Below are positions 25,101 through 37,100 of a DNA stretch of 64,000 nucleotides, one piece after another. The stretch covers positions 45,820,001-45,884,000 of the forward strand of contig OZ249436.1 of the NCBI GenBank assembly GCA_965235115.1, written 5' to 3'. The notes under the pieces are model-generated. The model did no database searches, had not been told where the DNA came from, and saw nothing but the letters and a program-made list of their open reading frames with translations. The DNA is from Laetmonice hystrix (lineage: Eukaryota). Within the stretch, counting starts at the first letter, position 1. Each line of letters starts with the position of its first letter. The translations under genes were made by a program, and so were the position numbers.

Positions 25101-28100
25101 TATCCGAACTATATATGACATAGGAAATCAATTAGATATCAATGAATAGTCCGGCGTCTGGCCAGATGTTATCCGAACTATATGACATAGGAAATCAATT
25201 AGATATCAATGAATAGTCCGGCGTCTGGCCAGACGTTATCCGAACTATATGACATAGGAAATCAATTAGATATCAATGAATAGTCCGGCGTCTGGCCAGA
25301 TGTTATCCGAACTATATGACATAGGAAATCAATTAGATATCAATGAATAGTCCGGCGTCTGGCCAGACGTTATCCGAACTATGACATAGGAAATCAATTA
25401 GATACCAATGAATAGTCCGGCGTCTGGCCAGACGTTATCCGAACTATGACATAGGAAATCAATTACATACCAATGAATAGTCCGGCGTCTGGCCAGACGT
25501 TATCCGAACTATATATGACATAGGAAATCAATTAGATATCAATGAATAGTCCGGCGTCTGGCCAGACGTTATCCGAACTATATATGACATAGGAAATCAA
25601 TTAGATATCAATGAATAGTCCGGCGTCTGGCCAGACGTTATCCGAACTATATATGACATAGGAAATCAATTAGATATCAATGAATAGTCCGGCGTCTGGC
25701 CCGACGTTATCCAAACTATATATGACATAGGAAATCAATTAGATATCAATGAATAGTCCGGCGTCTGGCCAGACGTTATCCGAACTATATGACATAGGAA
25801 ATCAATTAGATACCAGTGAATAGTCCGGCGTCTGGCCAGACGTTATCCGAACTATATACATGTATAGAAAATCAATTAAATGCCAATGAAATTAAATAGA
25901 TGACGCTTCAAAACAGTGTTTCCTAATGCAGTCTTAATATAAAATGAAATAATCCAGATAGGAATGTGGATTTCGAGGATCGCTTGTGTAGTGTTTTGTG
26001 AAGCACTTGAAATCCGGGATTTACAATGATATGTTTACATAATCCCAAGCCGTGTAGGAGGATCCCTAGCGGACGCACGTACCAGTGCCGTAGCAGTAGA
26101 CGCCCGCGTCCCGCTTATGGTCTGTGGGACAACTCCAGCGCCATGACCCCTCAGACGAGGTGAGTTGTTCGATGTCCCATCCGGTCAGACTACACTCCAG
26201 GAAGGATTTCTCCTTGCCTTTACAGTTGATGTTTGTTGCCCAGATCGGTCCTACAATCAGGAAAATCAGGAGTTTTACCACAGAGTGTACTGTCGCAGAC
26301 CGTGCGCTGGTGTGCGTTGGTTTGCGCTGGTTTAATAGATGTTTCCTTGGGAAAACAAGGGCTTTGAACCTCGTAACAAACACACAATTATGACAATTAA
26401 TGATAAATCTGCCACTAAGCGTATTAATGTGGATATTACCTGTTCCCTTCCCATAATGAGCTCTTGGTTTAGACGACCCGGAGGTATAGTTGAGCATCCT
26501 GCACACTGCACTGGCTGTGTTATCACTGAATCCATAATCACATAACGTCCCCCATCGTCCATCAATAGCCACCTCAACCCGACCGTAGTGCATACCACCG
26601 CCCGCTAGGCGGATCTCCAGACCTGTAGGCCAAGGCAAACAGGAAACTAACAGAGATCATAGCACCTACAGCATCATACAAGGTTCTAAACGAATCACAT
26701 AACGTCCCCCATCCATACTAAGCATTCAGAGCGTCATTTTCAAAATGACGCTTGAAGCTCGACGCTTGCCGCTTGTCGCCCATGTGTGTCCAGGCCTTTA
26801 CTAAATGTCTGGTTATTAACGATATTGTTAACTTCAATAGGAATACATTAGAATCTCTAGTTAATAACGATCCCATTAACCAGAGGCCTCCCATTCACCG
26901 CCAATTTAACTATATCAATAACCAGACCTCCGTAAGACAGACCCCAGGCCCATTACATTTTATCGTTCAGTTTGTCTCCCATACTGTACTATTACAAACA
27001 ATAAGGGCATCAGAAATAATGAGTCAAGTAGGAATAGTGACCTGCAGGAATAGAGTACCTGAAAGAATAAAAATCCCACCTACAAAAGGAGGGTGCAGTA
27101 ACTTACCGGCGCCGGAGTGACAGAATACAGCAGCACTCATGGTGGTGTCACAATCACACACCTCACCAAAGTTACTCCTGTTACACCTGAGGAGGTCTGT
27201 CTCATTGCCCACACAGCTGATACCGGACAACCAGAAGGGTAAGTTAGCCCCACTGCGGGAACTCGTACGGTATGGGATTCCGCGAGCTCCAATTCCCATG
27301 CTACGACAGGAAACCTTGGCAAGACAAGGGGAGTGAGTGAGTATTGGTGGTTTTATGTCGTGGTGGCATCTGGGGGAATCTTCTGAGTTAGACAATAGCA
27401 TTAGAGTATTCTACAGTAGGGCCTACAAGGGGGCCTGTAATTGTCGCCCAGAACCCATACATATACGGATATATAAAAACATTAAACTTGGGAAACCACT
27501 CCCACTCTGGCATTGAGAAGACTGCTAAGATTGTTTAAAGATTAAAACTTGCCTGATGGCAGCAAAATCACCACTCAGGTAAAAACAATGCGTTAGTTCA
27601 CACAACGGCCTGATCCCTTGAGGCGATTTGCCTTGCGATGTCCGTGTCTATTTACTTATTACTGACACCTCATCGTGAAAATTGGGCTCATCTTTTCGAT
27701 TCGAAATCGAAAAAGGAAAAACTTAATTTGTTGCTATAAGTTGTAGGAGCACGGGGTGCCACGAGAGTGATATTCTTACAGATGCCTCGGCTGTAGTCCA
27801 CGTGTTCGGGCACACTCTGCCCCACGTGTCAGCGTACTTTATCCGGACAATGCCGATCGTCGCCTTCGACGTGCCCACCAGGTCCATATCTGATTCTGAA
27901 AATAAGATATTCAAAATATTTATTGGGCAGATTGGTGTTTAATGGCAGTCTGATTAATGAGAGTCAAATAAGTTGGTAGGCCTGTATGGTGTTGGCACCA
28001 ATGCACGATCATTGTGACTGTTATGGCCGAGTTATGACTTACCAGTGTAGATGTCAATGTGACCGTTATGGTCAGGTTATGACTTACCAGTGCTGTGGTT

Positions 28101-31100
28101 AGTGTGACCGTTATGGCTAGGTTATGACATACCAGTGCTGGGGTCAGTGTGACCGTTATGGCTAGGTTATGACTTACCAGTGCTGTGGTCAGTGTGACCG
28201 TTATGGCTAGGTTATGACTTAACAGTGCTGTGGTCAGTGTGACCGTTATGGCTAGGTTATAACTTAACAGTGCTGTGGTCAGTGTGACCGTTATGGCTAG
28301 GTTATGACTTACCAGTGATGTGGTCAGTGTGACCGTTATGGCTAGGTTATGACTTACCAGTGCTGTGGTCAGTGTGACCGTTATGGCCAGGTTATGACTT
28401 ACCAGTGCTGTCAGTCACAGTGTGACCGTTATGGCTAGGTTATGACTTACCAGTGCTGTCAGTCACAGTGTGACCGTTATGGCCAGGTTATGACTTACCA
28501 GTGGTGGGGTCAGTGTGACCGTTATGGCCAGGTTATGACTTACCAGTGCTGGGGTCAGTGTGACCGTTATGGCTAGGTTATGACTTACCAGTGTTGGGGT
28601 CAGTGTGACCGTTATGGCTAGTTTATGACTTACCAGTGCTGTGGTTAGTGTGACCGTTATGGCTAGGTTATGACTTACCAGTGCTGTCAGTCACAGTGTG
28701 ACCGTTATGGTCAGGTTATGACTTACCAGTGCTGTGGTCAGTGTGACCGTTATGGCCAGGTTATGACATACCAGTGCTGTGGTCAGTTTGACCGTTATGG
28801 CCAGGTTATGACATATCAGTGCTGGGGTCAGTGTGACCGTTATGGCTAGGTTATGACTTACCAGTGCTGTGGTCAGTGTGACCGTTATGGCTAGGTTATG
28901 ACTTACCAGTGATGTGGTCAGTGTGACCGTTATGGCTAGGTTATGACTTACCAGTGCTGTGGTCAGTGTGACCGTTATGGCCAGGTTATGACTTACCAGT
29001 GCTGTCAGTCACAGTGTGACCGTTATGGCTAGGTTATGACTTACCAGTGCTGTCAGTCACAGTGTGACCGTTATGGCCAGGTTATGACTTACCAGTGGTG
29101 GGGTCAGTGTGACCGTTATGGCCAGGTTATGACTTACCAGTGCTGGGGTCAGTGTGACCGTTATGGCTAGGTTATGACTTACCAGTGTTGGGGTCAGTGT
29201 GACCGTTATGGCTAGTTTATGACTTACCAGTGCTGTGGTTAGTGTGACCGTTATGGCTAGGTTATGACTTACCAGTGCTGTCAGTCACAGTGTGACCGTT
29301 ATGGTCAGGTTATGACTTACCAGTGCTGTGGTCAGTGTGACCGTTATGGCCAGGTTATGACATACCAGTGCTGTGGTCAGTTTGACCGTTATGGCCAGGT
29401 TATGACATATCAGTGCTGGGGTCAGTGTGACCGTTATGGCTAGGTTATGACTTACCAGTGCTGTCAGTCACAGTGTGGCCGTTATGGCTAGGTTATGACT
29501 TACCAGTGCTGGGGTCAGTGTGACCGTTATGGCTAGGTTATGACTTACCAGTGCTGGGGTCAGTGTGACCGTTATGGCTAGGTTATGACTTACCAGTGCT
29601 GGGGTCAGTGTGACCGTTATGGCTAGGTTATGACTTACCAGTGCTGTCAGTCACAGTGTGACCGTTATGGCCAGGTTATGACTTACCAGTGCTGGGGTCA
29701 GTGTCGTAGCAGGTAACGGAGGCATACTCTCCGGAAGGGCAGGAGAGATAGTTTCCCTCCTCGTGAGGACAGTCTTCCAACTTCTCCTCCGTCCCGGCAC
29801 ATTTAGTGGACGACCACACGTAGCTAGGGAACACACAGACAGAAAGGTCATCAGGTTTTAATGAGGCCTTATGATGCCATGATAACAATCCCACGGGATA
29901 CGGAGTAGGTGCTAGGTGGGGCTGGTCAGCACCCCAAAGACTTTCGGATTTGCAAATCACATCGCAATTTATAAGAGTTAGAAATTATCATTATCATTGT
30001 TTTTTTTTAGTAAACGAAGACCGGGGAGGGCTACAATGTGGTTCATAATAGTTCTCCTTACTAGTAGTAGTAGGCTCTCTTGCCGAGCAGTGAGCAAGGG
30101 TAGGCCTTGCCGAAACTATGACCCAGTTGACGGCACATGACGTTAGCGTCCTTGTCGTCCCAGTCGACGTCACAGACGTAACCCCAGCGACCGTTGTGGT
30201 TCACCTCGACCGCCCCCGTCAATGCCGAGCCACGTATACGGACTGAAGACAGAGGCAGCTAGGTTATCTACTCGTGTTCTTTAAACATTTGAATTACTTT
30301 GAACTGCTTTACATAATGCATTCACAGTATACAGCGGACATTGAATTAACATGTTCAAATGGTCTTGCGGGTCAGTTTAGAACGTTGTAGCCTATTATAG
30401 ATGTAGAGTCTAGAACTATATCTGACTTCCTTCTGGCCCCAATCAAAGTCCTCTGAATATGGCATAAGCATCACTGACTAATAAAAACATAAGAACGACT
30501 TCAGGTGGCTGCCAGTGGGGACAACTTATGACGTAGATCTACACATGTATATCACTTGATCACGTCGACAATCCAGGTAGAAAGATGAACTAGGCCTACT
30601 CATTTCAACGCGGCGTCTTTACGTGAAACCACCCACCGTTATCGTAACATTCCACGGCTGCTGCTTTTCCTGACCCACATTTGGAGGTCTGTATCTCCTC
30701 CTGCCAGCCGTTGGACGGACACATGAGGAGGCTACGCTCAGAACCCCGACAACCGACCCGAGAGATCCATTGTCCGGCCGGCTCAGGGATGTACTCGGTC
30801 GTCACGCTCGCAGCCCTACGGTATACCAGAACGGGGATTGAGGTCCGAAACGTTTTTGTGGCGCCGTACAGGTATTGGTATGACATGGGTTATACCCTAT
30901 TCACGTTTTGGTGGCGCCGTCCAGTTATTTGGTATGACATCAGTTAGGCCCCTACTCACGTTTTGGTGGCGCCGTCCAGTTATTTGGTATGACATGGGTT
31001 ATACTTACGTTTTAGTGGCACCGTCCAGGTATTGGTATGACATGGGTTACTCACGTTTTGGTGGAACCGTCCAGGTATTGGTATGACATGGGCTACTCAC

Positions 31101-34100
31101 GTTTTGGTGGAACCGTCCAGGTATTTGCATGACATGGGTTACTCACGTTTTTGTGGCGCCGTACAGATATTGGTATGACATGGGTTACTCACGTTTTGGT
31201 GGCGCCGTACAGATATTGATATGACATGGGTTACTCACGTTTTGGTGGCACCGTCCAGGTAGCCCAGCTGTTTACAAAAGACCTTGACGTCTGACCTAGT
31301 CCAGCCATAGTTACAGACACCGCCCCATTCTCCCTCGTACTTGATCTCAACAAATCCCTTGGTCTTGGTGCTGCCTCGAATGCGAAACTCAACTCCTGTA
31401 AACAATAATACAAATCATTTATCATCACATCATCTAGGACGCTGCCATCACTCAGAAAACAAGACCATCATGACATCAACTTCCCTCATTTTGTTCCCCT
31501 CATCTGACATTTAAAAGACTGTAAACACCTCCTCCCCCTTCAGGCAGAATAGAGAGTCCACGTTATGGTTGTAGGTTACATGATAAAAATCGCGAATTTC
31601 AGTGTGCTTAGAAGAGCGTGGTATGTAGGCCTAAGGTTTCTTTATCTAAATCTAGATTAAAATTCGTTTTTTTTACATGATATGGAAAGAAAACTTCCTT
31701 GACGCTTATCTGACACAAAGGTTAGGTTATCTGATTACGTAACCAGCGGTCCTCGTGCCCTGTCCATTAGATAGGTCTGTGATAGTGAATGACTGACCCG
31801 TGTTGGAATAGCATAAGACGCCAACTTCCATAGTAGACTTGCAGGAGCTTGGAGTGGTATTATTCTTGAGACACTGCCTCAGGCTCGACTCCTTGCCAGT
31901 GCAGTTATATTCGAGCATCCAATTGGTTCGCCTCGTTTTATCGTGGTAAGCTAAGGCGACGCCGCCTAGGTAGCCGTTCTCCTTGCACGTGACGTTAGCG
32001 GCGTGGTCGTCCCAGAACGAGGCGCAGACTTTGCCCTCGATTCCGTACTTGTTGACGCGCACCGCGCCGGTCGGAACGCTGGACTCCATGTTAAACGATG
32101 ACGTGATAGCTGTAACATTAGGAATGACAATGCGATGGGTTATGAATTAGAGATTAGCTGTCACAACTCGACAAGAGACAGAGCCGTATCGAGGCGGTAT
32201 AGAAGGAACTAGAGTACTCAATGAAAACTACTGGCTGTCACACCTCGACAAGAGACAGAGCCGTATCGAGGCGGTACAGAAGGAACTAGAGTACTCAACG
32301 AAAACTACTGGCTGTCACACCTCGACAAGACACAGAGCCGTATCGAGGCGGTACAGAAGGAACTAGAGTACTCAACGAAAACTACTGGCTGTCACACCTC
32401 GACAAGAGACAGAGCCGTATCGAGGCGGTACAGAAGGAACTAGAGTACTCAACGAAAACTACTGGCTGTCACACCTCGACAAGACACAGAGCCGTATCGA
32501 GGCGGTACAGAAGGAACTAGAGTACTCAACAAAAACTACTGGCTGTCACACCTCGACAAGAGACAGAGCCGTATCGAGGCGGTACAGAAGGAACTAGAGT
32601 ACTCAACGAAAACTACTGGCTGTCACACCTCGACAAGAGACAGAGCCGTGTCGAGGCGGTACAGAAGGAACTAGAGTACTCAACGAAAACTACTCACGTT
32701 GCGTCACGTAATAACAACATCGCATCATTATCAAAGCAACCTCGTTATGTCGCAAACGATAAACATGAGAAAATTTTTATATTTCCTTCAGTTCATCTAA
32801 CATTACGAGAATGTTTTATACAGAAAGATATCTTCCGTTGTTGTTGGAGAGTCCAGCAGATTGACTAACCATGTGATATGTTGTTCCGAGAACAGACGAC
32901 GACGGCATAACTGTATCCACCGCCGGTACAAATTGCCTTGTCATCCCGGACGGAACGGCAGTCAAACAGGTCCGTTTCGTTTCCCAAGCACTTCACATCG
33001 GTAAGCCACGTTTTGTATTTCGCCGGATACCTCTTTGTGCTGCCGTCAAACAGAAAAAGTGATTTAAAAAGGAAATGCGCAAATTCTGCGGAACTTTTCA
33101 GACCTCTTTACGCTATCATTTAAGACAAACGCGAAGTCAGTCGAAAATTTTTAAGAATCTACATCAGGCAAAGGTTTTGAAGATGTATCTCTCTCTTTCT
33201 ATCTCTCTCTTTCTCTCTCGCGCTCTCTCTTTCTCTCTTTCTATCTCTCTCTTTCTCTCTCGCTCTCTCTCTTTCTCTCTTTCTATCTCTCTCTTTCTCT
33301 CTCGCTCTCTCTCCGTCTCTCTCTGTCTCTCTCTCTTTCTATCTCTCTCTTTCTCTCTATCACCCCTCTCTCTCCCTCTATCGCTCTCTCCATTGACCAG
33401 CAAATACCCTATCAGCGGAGTATAGAGAAGGTGAAGGTAAGTTTTAGACCTACACAAAGTGGAGAGGGCTGAGGACATTTCCGTTGATATAGCCCGCCTG
33501 CCTGCACACGACTTTGGCCTCCGTGTCACTGAACAGGTGCGCACACACGCCACCCCACATTCCGTTCATGTACACTTGTACGCGCCCCACCTCGGTTTCT
33601 GAGGCCGACTCGTAATGCATACGGTCCAGGCGAGCTGTAATCAGTTATTAAAACGGTTAGCTGACAATAGGTCATCATACTGAAGCCGGTTTGACCTCAG
33701 TGGGTCATCTCACACTAGTCTTGCTGAATCAAGAATCAGTTATCAAAACGGTTAGCTGACAATAGGTCATCATACTGAAGCCGGTTTGACCTCAGTGGGT
33801 CATCTCACACTTGCTGAATCAAGAATGGGTCATCATACTTAAATACTTCAGGCGCGTGTCCAGGATTTTCAGGGGGACTCAGGAAATTTTTACAAATTAG
33901 AAGCTCTTAGACGCGATTTCCCGCCATGTAGGGGTAATTTTAGGGTATATTTTGTGGATGCATCGCTCAAAGGGTTCAAAACGGCGGGAATGTTTCGCAC
34001 TTGCTCGTTCGACGTTATTCCAAAGATCCATGGTCTGGTGGAGCAAGGAGGTCCGGACCCCATGCTCTGGTGGAGCAGGGGGTCCGGACCCCATCCCCTC

Positions 34101-37100
34101 AATTTCCTACCACTGGATGCCTGTCGCATGAATACGGCACTCCACCTTTGGTACCGTGCCGTATTCAGGCGCCAGGCATCTCGTTCAATAATTTTGTCCG
34201 CTGTAAAGTTTCTCATCCCGTCACGTGTTTGTATGACACCAAACTAACACGACGACCCCAAATACTGGGCCTGAAACTCCCCTGTAGATGGCGCCACGAT
34301 GAACCTACCGTGTTTATAGCAGGAGACACCGACAGGATCACAAAATGGGTCGGTGGAGGTGTTCCAGCCAGTACTCGTACACTTGTAGATGGACTCCTCG
34401 GCCCCAGTACACTGGACTGAGTCGAAGTAACCCTGGCCAGGTAGCTCCACCGTGCCTCGCGCTCTGCAAGCAAAGACAAGCGGTTAAGGTCATACTGGAC
34501 TACATGACGATTTCCACACGTTTCGTTTGTGTTCATTGGGGTGTAGCAGAAATAACGAACCGACCAATGTAATAAGCTATAACAAAAAATTAACCCTTAG
34601 ATCCATGATGGCCGGTTGGCGTGCCACACCTTGAAGACCTTGGAAACCTGGGATGATTCAAAATGTTTATTACGAAAACGATAAGGGGCAGATCCAGGAT
34701 ATTTTGCAGTGGGGTGGGTGTCAGAAGGCGCCCGCTCCAAGGGGGGGGGGGGGGGGGGCTCTGACTGAAAGTGTTTGGGAATATACCTAAAGGCCGGGGT
34801 ACACTTGGGTTGTTAAAGCCGCATGCTAAGAGGCACGTTTTGGAGGATTTCCGGCAATTATCCAACATGAACATGTACTAGGCATCTACGTAAATAATCC
34901 TACCACAGCATTTTGTCCTCCGGCATGTTCTTGCTGCGTATGCAGCACAACTATAGGTTCCATAGGACAAAACGTATAGATTTCTCCAGATAGCACATCT
35001 CCCGCCATAATTTGGTAGACAACCCCCCCCCCCCCCCATCAACCCGTGTAATTGCGTACTGCGTCATATCCTGTGTGTGAAATGTGCATGGGGGAGGAAA
35101 TGGCCGAGAGCACCCCGCACTATACGACTATGCGAGTTGTGATGTGCCCAAACCCGTGGAATCTCTGTCATATCTCTACGGCTTGCGAGCTCCAAGACCA
35201 CAACTAGCGAGGGTGGCGGTGTTTAAGGCCGGTGCGGATTGACTGGCCATAAATAGACTAGTCATGAAAAGAATGATGGTACTTAGGATCGGTGCCTTAA
35301 AGCTGGTCGAAGCTGGCAGGGCGGTAGCCTATACCGAGGGGTGGACTTGATGGCCAAAGTTAGCTGTGCCTGTGGAGGCACCGGAGCAACACCGGCATTG
35401 TAAGCTGTCGAAAGCCAAGAACTTCCCTTAAATTCACCAAGCGATTAAAAGCAGTCCCGATATACATTCGGCGTTTCAATCGATCCCGTGGGCAAACAGA
35501 TGGCGCTGCGAAGTACGCACTTCTGACAATAGGCGGGCAGTCGTGAAGGTGGGGGATCACTGGAAGCAACCCCGAGCGGGGGAGGATGAGGCCACCTATA
35601 ATAGTTGCGACTTACTGGAAAACACTTGAACCGTCAACGTATTTGAGTTGTTTACAAACGACCTTAGCGTCCCATTTCGACCATTGCTTGTCACACACGT
35701 AACCGGGACGGCCATCGTACACAATCTGTATGAACCCGAAGTTTTCAGTCGGCTCTCCGGACGCCGATACTAGTCGTAACGTCGGGGCTGAAAGGAAAAT
35801 CACACCGGTACACTTGTAATGATATTTCCTATCCTGCAACCTATAGGGAGTCGTAGTTACGACATATGCCACTAAGTGACTGAGAGCATGGTCTAAGAAA
35901 CGTGGGTACCGCTTTCCGGAATTTTAGTGCACGAGTTATTATCAGAAATGCTGCAGGAACACATCAATCAATCAATCAATCAATCAATTTCTGCACTTAC
36001 CGGCGTGATTATAGCAGAGAACGCCCCCCGTGCTGGGGCAGTTGAAGCCAAGGTATGGAGCATGCGCACACTGCTCGACGGTGGTCTCATTGCCGTTACA
36101 ATTAAATCCGTACACTAAAACAGGTTTGTTAGCAAGCGCGTTCCTGTATGAGAAGGATATCCCACCCTGAAACAAGGAATCAAATCTTTGGTTACAGATT
36201 GCCCTGGGTAACCGCTACAAAACCGGCTGAGTGGATCACCCGCATTACGTAAAGAGGAGCGTTTGTTTGTAACCGCTTTCATTCAATTTCTTTGTAACAT
36301 CTCGTTTATCACTCAGCACAAGGCATCATTGTAATTTTTTAAGAGTAGGTATAGGTCCGATTACATGTATACTATATATAATATTGTAGACGATTAAAGT
36401 CCCGTTGGATTACAACACAAGTGTGGGTTGTAAGACTTGTAAAAGTGTCAGAAGATAAAAGAAAAGATTGCTTCAGAGAAAGATCTAGACTCCCCAAGGT
36501 TTATGGTGGAGCTTCAGTCGAAATTCACTGTTGAAAGAGTGAGGCTGAGCCCGAGACAACCGTTGGATCTGCCCCCCCCCCCCTCCTCACATGTCGTGAA
36601 CCGCACATTATATGAGTGAGGTTTTACGTACCCACTGAGGGATCCAGGGGGCGAAGGGGCCCGGGCCCCCCTTAAATTTTCTTTCCCCTTTTTTAAGAAA
36701 ATGCATTATTCGGACCCTGAAACCAGGATTCAAAAAAAAATCTTTTAAAAAGCCTCCTATATTGTACCTATATAGTGACATCGGGCCCAAAAGGGCCTCC
36801 TCAGTCATCCAGGAGCAACATAACTCTGGGCTATGCAGCATTGTAACAGACCAAACGGAGCCCCAAATGGCCATAATCACAATAAAGCCATGCCGAGCGT
36901 AGCGAGGCTAAAAAAATTTTTTAGGTGAGCCCCCCCCCCCCTATCAAAATCCTGGATCCCCCACTGCGTACCGTGTGGCCGAGCTGTTTACAGGTGACGT
37001 TGGCGTCGGCGTCGTCCCAGTCGTCGGCACAAAGACGACTCGATATACCGTCGACGGTAAGTAGGACAGCTCCTGTCATGTTCTCATAGTCCGCCGACAC

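Noticed and set aside
34595..34647. Possible micro-exon between exons 12 and 13
   Set aside because: Exons 12 and 13 already join in frame; this piece would change phase and has no SRCR similarity
33850..36966. G-run elements with CAG..GGATCC-like ends (also near 10883-11015 and 57834-57910)
   Set aside because: Probably dispersed DNA-transposon fragments, but ends and TSDs are too degenerate to define
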